In this document: positions 9,425 through 18,332 of the stretch, in pieces
How positions within the stretch are numbered: position 1 is the stretch's first letter
How the letters are laid out: each line of letters begins with the position of its first letter
NCBI GenBank assembly: GCA_022822005.1
Contig: JAJECO010000023.1
Span: forward strand, 29,904 to 93,903
Origin: Candidatus Poribacteria bacterium
GTDB taxonomy: Bacteria > Poribacteria > WGA-4E > PCPOR2b
Length of the DNA: 64,000 nucleotides
Direction: 5' to 3'
Program-made: the position numbers and the translations under genes
Notes under the pieces: generated by a model
The model's database searches: none
Told to the model about the DNA's origin: nothing
The model's input: only the letters and a program-made list of their open reading frames with translations

Positions 9425-9507
9425 CCCGGTAGGTGCGGTTTCTAACCGCACCGCCTCCCGTCGAGTCGGGACAGGACACGGGGGCGAAAGTGTTTATCTG
9501 TTTTTAT
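9425..9507. repeat. REP-like block, copy downstream of the SDR gene
   Basis: Same 8-bp-stem hairpin and AAAGTGTTTATCTGTTTTTA tail as 8507-8600. Confidence 0.7.
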
Positions 9508-9689
9508 GGTGAATTATAGAAATAAGTAAACATTACCCATAACTCCGACCTTTGAGAGGTTTCCAAAGTCCTCCTGACAAGAGAGGTTAGGGCGGTTACA
9601 AACACTTCCCCCCTGACAAGGGGGGCTAGGGGGGTTGGTTGTGCAGTAGGAATGTCTAAGTAATTGTAAAATCTACCATAGAATTCACC
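9508..9689. mobile_element. MITE-like element, about 182 bp, with imperfect terminal inverted repeats GGTGAATTATAG / CTATGGAATTCACC (full copy)
   Basis: Homologous copies at 11069-11190 and 19875-20042. No coding capacity. Confidence 0.55.
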
Positions 9690-9735
9690 ATAGTAAGGTT
9701 CGGATCAGGGGATCGGAATAGGAAGGGTAAGAAAC

Positions 9736-10599
9736 GTGAAAAAACTAACCTCAAACGGCATACTGCTAGACACGTCGCCACACGCATTCGGTGAGATGCG
9801 CGAATCAAACAATCTCCTTGACGACACCCCCGCCTTAAGGGACCGAATGGCGGAGGACGGCTATCTCCTACTCCGCGACTATTTGGATCTGGAGTGGGTC
9901 ATGGCCGCGCGGCGATCCGTGCTTGAGGTGTTAGCCGAACATGAGATGCTCGACGAAAACTATCCCCTCATGGAGGCGCAGGCAGCAAAGAGTGATCAAG
10001 AAACATTTCGATCTGCGATCGGCAGTCGCGCAGCGTTGGGAAAATTGCCTGCCGTGCAGAGGTTGGTGCATTCCGGCCGGATGATCGACTTCTACACCGC
10101 ATTCCTCGGCGGCGAGGTCAGATCCTTTGATTTCATCTGGATGCGCGTGATGGGTCCCGGCAGATCCAGTGCGCCGCACTACGACATTGTCTACATGGGA
10201 CGAGGCACCACGAACCTATACACCTCGTGGACGCCCTTAGGAGATGCTCCCTTGAGCGACGCCTCACTGATGGTACTTGAAAACTCCCACCGTCTGGAGG
10301 AGCTCAAATCAACCTACGGACAGATGGACGTCGACAAGAAAGGTAACTGGAAAAAATCGGGCGGGAGTTTCGGCAAAGACCCCGCAGCGATTCAGAAGGA
10401 ATTTGGAGGCCGTTGGCTCACAACAGACTTCCGCGCCGGAGATCTGCTGGTGTTCAGTATGTATACGATGCACTGCTCCCTCGACAATCGCTCGGATCGG
10501 ATTCGACTGTCTTCAGATACGCGCTACCAACTGGCATCGGAGCCGGTGGATGAGCGCTGGATCGGTGACAATCCAATCGCCCATTCAGTGCGAGAATAG
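9736..10599 (+). CDS. phytanoyl-CoA dioxygenase (PhyH) family protein
   Basis: PHYD...H 2-His-1-carboxylate pattern. GTG start with a GGAAGGG RBS. Confidence 0.65.
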   Translation: MKKLTSNGILLDTSPHAFGEMRESNNLLDDTPALRDRMAEDGYLLLRDYLDLEWVMAARRSVLEVLAEHEMLDENYPLMEAQAAKSDQETFRSAIGSRAALGKLPAVQRLVHSGRMIDFYTAFLGGEVRSFDFIWMRVMGPGRSSAPHYDIVYMGRGTTNLYTSWTPLGDAPLSDASLMVLENSHRLEELKSTYGQMDVDKKGNWKKSGGSFGKDPAAIQKEFGGRWLTTDFRAGDLLVFSMYTMHCSLDNRSDRIRLSSDTRYQLASEPVDERWIGDNPIAHSVRE

Positions 10600-10624
10600 G
10601 TGTGAGATTCTCAACTGAAAAGCT

Positions 10625-10831
10625 ATGAGCTACAAGCGACGCAACATTATCCAAGCACTCCGCGAATATGGCTTTGAAGTTCTGCGTGAAGGTAGACGAC
10701 ATACGATATATTCGCGTGGCGAGATAACAGTCCCTGTTCCGCGCCATCGTCAAATCACGCCAGCAACATCTCGAAGTATTGCAAGAATCATTGGTGTGCC
10801 TTGGCGAGAATTTGAATCCAAAATCTCATAA
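10625..10831 (+). CDS. hicA: type II toxin HicA (YcfA-like mRNA interferase)
   Basis: 68-aa protein with L.EYGFEV.REG..H...SRG.ITVP.PRH..I...T...I....G. Confidence 0.7.
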   Translation: MSYKRRNIIQALREYGFEVLREGRRHTIYSRGEITVPVPRHRQITPATSRSIARIIGVPWREFESKIS

Positions 10832-10843
10832 GGAGCATGAAAC

Positions 10844-11047
10844 ATGGAGTATTTTACAGTAGAGATTCAACGAGATGGGAATTTCTTTGTCGCTCAGTGC
10901 GTTGAGGAAGAATCCTGTTTCACGCAGGGAAAAACACTTCAGGAAACCATCCGTAATATGCGCGAAGTTTTAGAATTAATGTTAGATGTCAAGCATCCTC
11001 AACTAGAGGTGCACTTACGGCACGATGCAGTTGAGGTGTTTGCTTGA
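10844..11047 (+). CDS. hicB: antitoxin HicB (short UPF0150-type)
   Basis: 67-aa protein, Y.V.I.RDG.F.A.C.E...C.TQG.TLQET..N..E..EL. It starts 12 nt after the hicA stop. AAGGAG RBS. Confidence 0.65.
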   Translation: MEYFTVEIQRDGNFFVAQCVEEESCFTQGKTLQETIRNMREVLELMLDVKHPQLEVHLRHDAVEVFA

Positions 11048-11068
11048 AGATTTTCGTCAGGATATATA

Positions 11069-11190
11069 GTGAATTATAGAAATAAGTAGACATTAATAGT
11101 AGTAGGCACACTCCGTGTGCCGTAACTCGGCGAGCAAGGTCCGTGACTTGGTTCGCTCATCATGTCTAAGTAATTCTAAAATCTACCATA
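11069..11190. mobile_element. MITE-like element, shortened copy
   Basis: Shares the 5' GTGAATTATAGAAATAAGTAGACATTA and the 3' ATGTCTAAGTAATTCTAAAATCTACCATA with 9508-9689. Its interior holds the GGCACAC-TCC-GTGTGCC hairpin. Confidence 0.5.
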
Positions 11191-11261
11191 AAAACAACCT
11201 TGTGTAGAAAATATATCCTATCCAATAGGCAACAACTTTATAAATCAAGCAGGAGGTTATC

Positions 11262-11630
11262 ATGATCATACGAAACTGGCGTGATTCAATTCCCTATGTC
11301 GGGCATGAAAGCAAAATTATTTGGCCCATACTGACCCGCGCTGAGAACGAAAACGCTGATCCACCGGAAGTCGCGTGTCTGCAAGGACTGAGCAATTTCA
11401 CACGCCACGTCGTCCAAGGACGCATCACGACGGATTACCACGACCATCAAGACAAAGAACAGGTCTACTACTTTATCAAAGGGCGGGGCAAAATGTTGAT
11501 CGACGGTAAGGAATACCCAGTAACAGCGGGTGATGCCGTACATCTACCGCCCAAGACAAAGCACGGCGTCATCAATGACGGCGAAGATGAAATTGAGTAC
11601 CTGAACATCAGTGCGCCTGTTGAGCAGTAA
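11262..11630 (+). CDS. cupin-domain protein
   Basis: Cupin motifs in G...VYYF.KG.G........YPV..GDAVHLPP...HG..N. Confidence 0.7.
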   Translation: MIIRNWRDSIPYVGHESKIIWPILTRAENENADPPEVACLQGLSNFTRHVVQGRITTDYHDHQDKEQVYYFIKGRGKMLIDGKEYPVTAGDAVHLPPKTKHGVINDGEDEIEYLNISAPVEQ

Positions 11631-11674
11631 TTCAGGGACGCAATCCTCCTCTACATTCCAGCTAAGGAGTCTTT

Positions 11675-12481
11675 ATGATTAAACTCGGTATGTATGGATC
11701 CTATTTTGGCAAGGACGATCCAAAAACACTTCCCTACGTTGAAGATGTGATCGATTTCGCCTACGAGCTGAAGCTAGACGTCGTCGATTTCCGCGCCGAC
11801 GTGGGCTTTCGCTCACAGGACCTCGATTATCTGCGCGCTATCAAGATTAAATGCCTCAAAGCCGGACTCCCTATCGGCTATCTCGCAACCGGCGGCCATT
11901 TTGTGGGAACGGAAGATGAACTACAGGAGAAAATGGTTCGGTGCAAAGCAGATCTGGATACCGCCGTCTTCCTCGGCGCACCGATGGTAAGATCGTTCTG
12001 CGGTCCCACGCCGGAGACCGATGAAGGGCAAGCGCGGGAAGTTGAGTGTTTCCAAGAACTGTGTGATGCCGCCGCCGAAAAGGGTATCATCGTCGGTGTG
12101 CAGAACCATCCATGTACCGGCGACGGGGTCCTACAGCTGCTGCGTGAGACAGATCGCGAGAACTTTACCTTTATTCTGGATACCGGTCAGTGGGTGGGAT
12201 CTCCCTCACGGACCCAAGGTGTTCCCGATCCGGATATAGATACCTACCAATTCATGGAGCAGACCGCTCCCTACGCCTCGTATGTCCGTGCGAAAGTTTA
12301 TAAAGTGGATAGTGGACGTGAGGAGTGGTTAGACTATGAACGTATTGTTAAAATTTTGAAAGCAGCGAATTTTAATGGATGTATGTCCATCACATTTGAA
12401 GGCAAAGATGTCAACGAATGCGATGATAAAGAAACCTTCAGGCGAGCGGCTAAGTATCTACGTGAACTACTTGCCGCCTAG
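11675..12481 (+). CDS. sugar phosphate isomerase/epimerase (xylose-isomerase-like TIM barrel)
   Basis: GAPMVRSF and GVQNHP motifs. Paralogue of 22213-23013. Confidence 0.75.
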   Translation: MIKLGMYGSYFGKDDPKTLPYVEDVIDFAYELKLDVVDFRADVGFRSQDLDYLRAIKIKCLKAGLPIGYLATGGHFVGTEDELQEKMVRCKADLDTAVFLGAPMVRSFCGPTPETDEGQAREVECFQELCDAAAEKGIIVGVQNHPCTGDGVLQLLRETDRENFTFILDTGQWVGSPSRTQGVPDPDIDTYQFMEQTAPYASYVRAKVYKVDSGREEWLDYERIVKILKAANFNGCMSITFEGKDVNECDDKETFRRAAKYLRELLAA

Positions 12482-12567
12482 TCTTTTTGGATAAATCCGA
12501 TGCCGTTGCGCGAAGGAAGCCTTGCGCCTGCGGAATCGGAACACGATACACAATCAAGGAGATTATA

Positions 12568-13680
12568 ATGGCCGAAAATATTTACTCAAGATTGGGTGCA
12601 GTTCCAATTATCAACGCTGCGGGTAACTCCACCGCCATGGGTGGCTCAACCCCTACCCCAATAGTCAAACAGGCAATGGAAGAAGCGGAAGAATACTTTG
12701 TGGACATGGAAGAACTCCTCGAAAAATCTGGAGACCATATCGCTTCTCTGGTCGGCGCGGAGGCCGCTTATGTCACGGCAGGCTGCTACGCTGCCATGGT
12801 ACTGTCCACCGCTGCGTGTATGACCGGCAATGATCAGGAAAAAATGGATCAGCTTCCAGATACCACCGGCATGAAGGACGAGGTCGTCATCCAAGCAAAA
12901 CAGCGATACGGCTTTGATCGGGCTTACACCATACCGGGAAGCAAGCTGATAGAAGCGGGAGACGAAAGCGGGTGCACGGCAGAACAACTGGAAGCCGCAA
13001 TCGGTCCCCAGACCGCAGCCGTTATCCACTTTATTAGCCCAGATCCGGATGTCACTGTTGTCTCGCTCGAAGATACGGTCAGCATAGCACGTAAACATAA
13101 CGTGTACGTCATCGCCGACGCCGCTTCGCAGATCTTCCCAATCAATTATTTCAAGGACACCGCCACATCGGCAGACCTGGTCTGCTTCGGCGGCAAATAT
13201 GTCCACGGTCCCCACTCAGCTGGATTTGTGGCTGGCAAGAAGGACCTCATCCAAGCCGTCGCTGCCCACGGTTTCATCGGACCCCGTCCCTTGGGACGCG
13301 GGATGAAGATAGACCGACAGGAAATCATCGGACTCACCGTCGCCCTCGACCAATGGTTCACGATGGACCACGAGGAACGCTTCGACGAATATCGGCAAAA
13401 GTTCGCTGTCATTGAGCGAGCAATTGAAGGTGCGCCCGGCGTGGAAGAAACCAAGGAAGTTACCACGCAAAGGTATTGGGGCGTTGAACTCCACGTCGTC
13501 GTCAACGCGGCGGAGGCAGCACGTAGTGCACGTGAACTCATCGAAGATCTTGATGCTGGCGATCCCTGCATCAAAGTTGGCGGCGAAGGCGAAGATGCCG
13601 TCGTTATCCGGGTAGACAACTTAGAGGAAGGTGATGAACATACCATCGCCCAACGGTTGAGAGCCCTGCTCGCCGGTTAA
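12568..13680 (+). CDS. SelA-family (PF03841-like) PLP-dependent enzyme of the DgaE-like lyase type
   Basis: N-terminal NIYSRLG..PIINAAGN.T..GGS...P.V..AM..A...FVD...L..K.G as in D-glucosaminate-6-P ammonia-lyase-like proteins. AAGGAG RBS. It lacks the N-terminal domain of a true SelA. Confidence 0.55.
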   Translation: MAENIYSRLGAVPIINAAGNSTAMGGSTPTPIVKQAMEEAEEYFVDMEELLEKSGDHIASLVGAEAAYVTAGCYAAMVLSTAACMTGNDQEKMDQLPDTTGMKDEVVIQAKQRYGFDRAYTIPGSKLIEAGDESGCTAEQLEAAIGPQTAAVIHFISPDPDVTVVSLEDTVSIARKHNVYVIADAASQIFPINYFKDTATSADLVCFGGKYVHGPHSAGFVAGKKDLIQAVAAHGFIGPRPLGRGMKIDRQEIIGLTVALDQWFTMDHEERFDEYRQKFAVIERAIEGAPGVEETKEVTTQRYWGVELHVVVNAAEAARSARELIEDLDAGDPCIKVGGEGEDAVVIRVDNLEEGDEHTIAQRLRALLAG

Positions 13681-13703
13681 ATTCGGTTCCGGTTTAGGGT
13701 TCG

Positions 13704-13731
13704 TAGGGAACGCAGATCTGCGTTCCCTACC
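13704..13731. promoter_or_regulatory. perfect 28-bp palindrome GTAGGGAACGCAGATCTGCGTTCCCTAC (terminator hairpin or dimeric operator)
   Basis: Seen directly, 24 nt after the stop at 13680. Confidence 0.4.
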
Positions 13732-13790
13732 ACAAGATACACCCGACGACCCCGCACTCTCCTCAACAGATTATTAACAAACACGTACAG

Positions 13791-14693
13791 ATGGACAAGC
13801 AGTTCCCAACAGCAGCATGTGATCAAATTGCGACGGACTTTTGCGGGCGTATCGGCTTCTACATCGAAGACCTGACCACCGGAATAACGCACGAACACAA
13901 TGCGGATCAACGCTTTCCCACTGCAAGCGTCTGCAAAGTGCCAGTGATGATCGAACTGTTCCGTCAGGTTGAGAACGGTACACTTTCTCTTGACGACCGC
14001 CGTCGGCTGCAAGGAGACATCTCCACCCACGGGTCAGGGACGCTACAGCTGATGGAAGATGAGCCGGAGCTGACGCTACGCGACTATTGTCGGTTGATGA
14101 TCGGGGTCAGCGATAACATGGCGACCGACTTCCTCTTAGGGGTGGTTGGGTTGGAATCGGTCAACGCCACCTTGGATGCGATGGGATTCCCCAACACCCG
14201 GACCAGCACAACCCTGGGTCGCTATCACTACCGGATGTTCGGCATGGACGATGTCCCATGTAACCGAGCAAACGATGTGGTGCAGCAGGCACGGGCAGAG
14301 ACGCACGGCACTGACTTCGACAGCGTATCCTTCCAAGATTCTTTGGAAAACAACGTCGCCACCCCACGGGACATGGGGAGTATCCTAAAACAACTTCACG
14401 CCGGTCAAATCGTCAGTCCGCAGGCATCGGCGGTGATGATCGAGATGCTCAAACTCTGCAATGACCGCCGCATGATCGCCCGAGACTTAAACCGTGACAT
14501 CCCAATCGGTCACAAGATTGGATCAAGCGGGCGTATCAAGGGGGATGTCGGGCTTATCTTCCTTCCAACAGGTCCCCTTGTCGTCTCCGCGTTTGCACTT
14601 GCGAGCGATGATGGTGCCCGTGGGGATGAGGCGATTGCAGAGATCGCCCGGTTAGCAATGGAAACCTTCTCACCCGAAAGCATCGCTCAATAA
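13791..14693 (+). CDS. class A beta-lactamase-related serine hydrolase (cytoplasmic)
   Basis: SVCK (SxxK), SDN and KIGSSG (KTG-like) motifs. No signal peptide. Confidence 0.65.
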   Translation: MDKQFPTAACDQIATDFCGRIGFYIEDLTTGITHEHNADQRFPTASVCKVPVMIELFRQVENGTLSLDDRRRLQGDISTHGSGTLQLMEDEPELTLRDYCRLMIGVSDNMATDFLLGVVGLESVNATLDAMGFPNTRTSTTLGRYHYRMFGMDDVPCNRANDVVQQARAETHGTDFDSVSFQDSLENNVATPRDMGSILKQLHAGQIVSPQASAVMIEMLKLCNDRRMIARDLNRDIPIGHKIGSSGRIKGDVGLIFLPTGPLVVSAFALASDDGARGDEAIAEIARLAMETFSPESIAQ

Positions 14694-14717
14694 TTCTTTA
14701 TACCTTGCGTTTGTTTG

Positions 14718-14740
14718 TCCCGATGCTTTATCGGGAATAG
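14718..14740 (+). terminator. hairpin TCCCGAT-GCTTT-ATCGGGA
   Basis: Downstream of 13791-14693. Confidence 0.3.
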
Positions 14741-14779
14741 TATTCTATCAATATCTAAATTTCCTATGGAGGAAACAAA

Positions 14780-15373
14780 ATGGCAGAGATACACAGTTCT
14801 TGGCAACGCGATTTCGATGTATACGACAGACTCAACGCGCTCGGCATTGACCTCGGTACGAAAGCCGACGCAGTTTCCGATCCCCGCGGTCGACGTATCT
14901 GTAACCTCACCTTTACCCCGTCCGGTTTGGTATTCGCTTCGGGGACAGGTGCCGGAACGGGTCCGGTGACCAACGACGATCAAGATGTGGAAGATGGTTA
15001 CGATGCGGGTCGCGAGGCAGGCATCAGCCACATCCTCTCCCTGCACTGGGGATTGGAACCCTTCGGAAACTTGAACGATGTCTGGTATTGCGTCAAGTGT
15101 ATCGGGATGGTCAGCTCACACGGCGGCGGGTCTTTTACAAAATCGCCCCAAGTTGTGGACGGCTACACGAAGGCGTTTCATGATGTCTTTGGGGGACCGC
15201 TCTCCGAATCGGCTGACGATGGTATGGACTCCTCCCTATCCGGTTGGCACGCACGAAGTGCTGTGGCGGGTTATGATCTACCAGGAAACTGCAAGATCGA
15301 GCCTGAGATGATATTCCAAATCGATCCAGATTTGGCAATCAGAATCATCCGAGAACGCGGTCCACACATTTAA
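14780..15373 (+). CDS. RidA/YjgF-like family protein (long variant)
   Basis: C-terminal AR.AV....LP....EIE.I pattern. GGAGGA RBS. Confidence 0.4.
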   Translation: MAEIHSSWQRDFDVYDRLNALGIDLGTKADAVSDPRGRRICNLTFTPSGLVFASGTGAGTGPVTNDDQDVEDGYDAGREAGISHILSLHWGLEPFGNLNDVWYCVKCIGMVSSHGGGSFTKSPQVVDGYTKAFHDVFGGPLSESADDGMDSSLSGWHARSAVAGYDLPGNCKIEPEMIFQIDPDLAIRIIRERGPHI

Positions 15374-15404
15374 GTTCTGATTCATGTTAAGAAATCGTGC
15401 AGTA

Positions 15405-15438
15405 GAAACCGAGTTTTTTCGGAAAAACTCGGTTTCTC
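15405..15438 (+). terminator. 15-bp-stem hairpin AGAAACCGAGTTTTT-TCGG-AAAAACTCGGTTTCT
   Basis: A related hairpin is at 40403-40428. Confidence 0.45.
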
Positions 15439-15494
15439 TCCATATTTTGCACTTTCTTTACTACATGAACCTCCCGATTTAGTTTGGAGGCATT

Positions 15495-16388
15495 ATGTCC
15501 GTTCGTTTCGTCTTTTTGACTGACAGCCACTATTATCCCGACGCACCAAAGGATTACGGTGCGCCGAAGATGCTGACACAGAGTAAGACCGTCCTCGACG
15601 CGATTGTGCCAGCGGTCAATCCGATTAAACCTGAATTCATCGTTCACGGCGGCGACTTCCTCTGCGGTGGTAGTTCGTTTGACCTGCCGTGGGAAACCTA
15701 CCTGCAATCTATTGAGGACGTTGCAGTAACTTTCGACGGCTTTGAGGCACCGCTATACTGTGTCCCCGGCAACCACGACTCCGACGCACAACAGGGGTCT
15801 TTTGAAGCGTTCGCGGAGAAATTCGACATCCCCGAAACGCTCAAGGTCGTTGATGCCGCTCCACGCCTTCGTCTCGCGATCGCCAACATCTATCACCAAT
15901 GCGACCCAATCGAAGATGGCAGCGGCGTTTGGACCGATACCCTCGACAATGCCCTCCGTGAGGAAGCAAAAAAAGCCTATGACGAAGGGCACGCGATGCT
16001 GTTGTTTATCCATGCCTGGGCACTGCCAAGCCATGAAGAGGGAAAGGGAACCCTCGACGGTGCAAATCGGTTGTTGGAAACCGTGAGGGAGAGTCCTGCC
16101 ATCGTCGCGCTCTTCACGGGGCACCGGCATACCAACCGTATCCGGATGTACCGTGACTTCCTCACTGTTGACACCGCATGTTTGATCGGTTACCCGCTGG
16201 GGTTTCGGGAGGTCCAACTCCATGACGACGGATATTTCGAGACGCGATTTCACCAACTCCCACTACCAGCACTTATCCAAGAATCGTACGACAAATCCAG
16301 CCCTGAAACGAACAACGTCTGGTGTGGTGAAATCCATGATCGGAATACGGAAATCCTCATACCAAGACTGAAAGAAATTTGGCGTTAG
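15495..16388 (+). CDS. metallophosphoesterase (calcineurin-like)
   Basis: LTDSHY, GGDF and PGNHD motifs. Confidence 0.7.
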   Translation: MSVRFVFLTDSHYYPDAPKDYGAPKMLTQSKTVLDAIVPAVNPIKPEFIVHGGDFLCGGSSFDLPWETYLQSIEDVAVTFDGFEAPLYCVPGNHDSDAQQGSFEAFAEKFDIPETLKVVDAAPRLRLAIANIYHQCDPIEDGSGVWTDTLDNALREEAKKAYDEGHAMLLFIHAWALPSHEEGKGTLDGANRLLETVRESPAIVALFTGHRHTNRIRMYRDFLTVDTACLIGYPLGFREVQLHDDGYFETRFHQLPLPALIQESYDKSSPETNNVWCGEIHDRNTEILIPRLKEIWR

Positions 16389-16402
16389 AATAGGAGAAAC
16401 AG

Positions 16403-17095
16403 ATGAGAATCCTCGTCACCGGTGCTGCTGGGGCTGTTGGTTCGGCGGTCGTGAAAGGACTGAAAGACCAGTATTCGCTGCGTGGGTTTGACCGCGTACC
16501 GATGCCGGATATTGCAGAGGCGATTGTCGGGGATGTCGGTGACTTTGAGGCAGTACTCAAAGCCACCGAGGATATGGAGGCGGTGATCCACCTCGCGGGC
16601 AATCCCTCCGGCGGCGCACCGTGGGAAGATATCCTCCAGAATAACATCATCGGCACATACAACGTCTTTGAAGCCGCCCACCAAAACGGTGTCCGTCGGG
16701 TCGCCTTCGCCAGCCGCGCTGGGCTGCTCGCACCCTACCCAAAAGATATCATGCGGACGGTTGATATGACCCCTCGACCGGAGACCTACTATTCAATCAG
16801 CAAGGTCTTCGGAGAGAATCTGGGCTATATGTATTCAGCGCGGTTTGATATGGAATTTGTCTCAGTCCGGATCGGCAACTTCAAGCGAGACCGTGACCTT
16901 CCGGATCACCCCCATCAACTGAGCCACGGCGACGCAGCTCTCGTATTTGAGCGGGCAGTTACACAACCGGGGGTGAAGTTCGAGGTTGTGTTCGGCGTCT
17001 CAGACAGCACATGGGCACTCTACGACCTGGAACATGGGCGGCAGGTCATCGACTACCACCCACAGGATAAATCCGAGGCAGAACCAGAGATCTGA
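16403..17095 (+). CDS. NAD-dependent epimerase/dehydratase family protein
   Basis: N-terminal VTGAAGAVG Rossmann motif. Confidence 0.7.
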   Translation: MRILVTGAAGAVGSAVVKGLKDQYSLRGFDRVPMPDIAEAIVGDVGDFEAVLKATEDMEAVIHLAGNPSGGAPWEDILQNNIIGTYNVFEAAHQNGVRRVAFASRAGLLAPYPKDIMRTVDMTPRPETYYSISKVFGENLGYMYSARFDMEFVSVRIGNFKRDRDLPDHPHQLSHGDAALVFERAVTQPGVKFEVVFGVSDSTWALYDLEHGRQVIDYHPQDKSEAEPEI

Positions 17096-17127
17096 GAATC
17101 AATTGTAACGATACTTCAAGGAAAAGA

Positions 17128-18156
17128 ATGATGGACGTTCTTATTATCGGTGGCACACGATACATGGGTCGGATTGTTGTACAGCGGTTGCTTGAACGTG
17201 GGGACAAGGTCACCATCTTTTCCAGAGGGACCACCCGCCCCGAATGGTGGGAGCAGATTGAGCATATTCAGGGCGACCGTGAAGATCAGGCAGATTTTGC
17301 CGCAAAGCTGAATGGAAAATCCTTTGATGCGGTCATTGATACCCAAGCCTACGGTAAAGAAGACGTTGAATCTGCGATAGGAGCATTCAATGGAAACGTG
17401 GATCGTTACGTCATAGTCAGCACCGGATCGGTATACTTGGAAGGCGCGGTAGACTTCTCCAAGCACTGCACGTTCCAAGAGTCGGTCGTGGATTGGTCGT
17501 CAATTGATTATACCTACCCCGTAGGAGAAGACCCGTACGGCGTCGGCAAACGACACTGCGAAAAGTGGCTCCAAGAAAACAGCAAGGTTCCGTACACTAT
17601 CGTCCGTATTCCAGCGGTCATGGGCTGGGACGACCCGACCGGACGGATGTGGTGGTGGGTCCAACGGGCACTGGACGGACGCAGCGTGGTCATTCCGTCG
17701 GAGAACCGTGGACTGTTCCGCACCCTATATTCCGCCGATGCTGCAAAGGTTTTCATCCGTGTCCTTGATGTGCCAGAAACTGCTAACCAGACATATCACA
17801 TCGCCATGCAAGAGATAATGACCATAGAACGTTGGGCGGAACTGATTTGGAAGGCAGCAGGTCACGAACACCAGATTACCTACGTTCCAAACGAAATTAT
17901 CCAAAAACAGCCCCACCTGAACGACTACGCCCCGCCGATGAGCCGATCCGTTTCATACCTCTACAATCTGTCCAAAGCCGAGGGTGATTTCGGTTTCAAC
18001 ACCACACCTGTAGAGGAGTGGATTCAGACGACCGTAGACTGGTATCGTGAGCAGTACACAGGCGAAAATTCGGAAGGCTATGAATATAGGCAAGACGAGT
18101 TGAGGTTGGCAGCAAGATGGACAGAACAATTCGGTCAGTTCATTTCAGGCTTCTAA
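17128..18156 (+). CDS. NAD-dependent epimerase/dehydratase family protein
   Basis: IIGGTRYMG Rossmann motif. Confidence 0.7.
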   Translation: MMDVLIIGGTRYMGRIVVQRLLERGDKVTIFSRGTTRPEWWEQIEHIQGDREDQADFAAKLNGKSFDAVIDTQAYGKEDVESAIGAFNGNVDRYVIVSTGSVYLEGAVDFSKHCTFQESVVDWSSIDYTYPVGEDPYGVGKRHCEKWLQENSKVPYTIVRIPAVMGWDDPTGRMWWWVQRALDGRSVVIPSENRGLFRTLYSADAAKVFIRVLDVPETANQTYHIAMQEIMTIERWAELIWKAAGHEHQITYVPNEIIQKQPHLNDYAPPMSRSVSYLYNLSKAEGDFGFNTTPVEEWIQTTVDWYREQYTGENSEGYEYRQDELRLAARWTEQFGQFISGF

Positions 18157-18332
18157 GTCGATACCTCAACGCCTCGTAGCTTGTAGGGAGCAACGATCGT
18201 TGTTCCTCACCACATTAGGATTCAGGGAATTAACAAAACAAAGAACCCTCTCTCTCATTATCCTGTAAATCCTAAAATCCTGTAAATCCTGATTCAGACA
18301 GTTATCCTGATTTGACGTGGGGAGGCACCAAA

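Noticed and set aside
13146-13646. Long antisense or alternative-frame ORFs inside confident genes, for example 13146-13646 (-), 5518-6048 (+), 36701-37414 (+), 51549-52100 (+) and 12646-13215 (-)
   Set aside because: They lie entirely within well-supported coding genes on the opposite strand or in another frame, have biased low-complexity composition and have no RBS. These are typical high-GC shadow ORFs.
12568-13680. SelA-family gene considered as evidence for a selenocysteine-insertion machinery that would support the Sec-rhodanese idea
   Set aside because: Its N-terminus, NIYSRLG..INAAGN.T..GGS, and its length of about 370 aa match the DgaE-like lyase subgroup of the SelA family. A true SelA has an additional N-terminal tRNA-binding domain. 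The gene is not evidence for Sec machinery.
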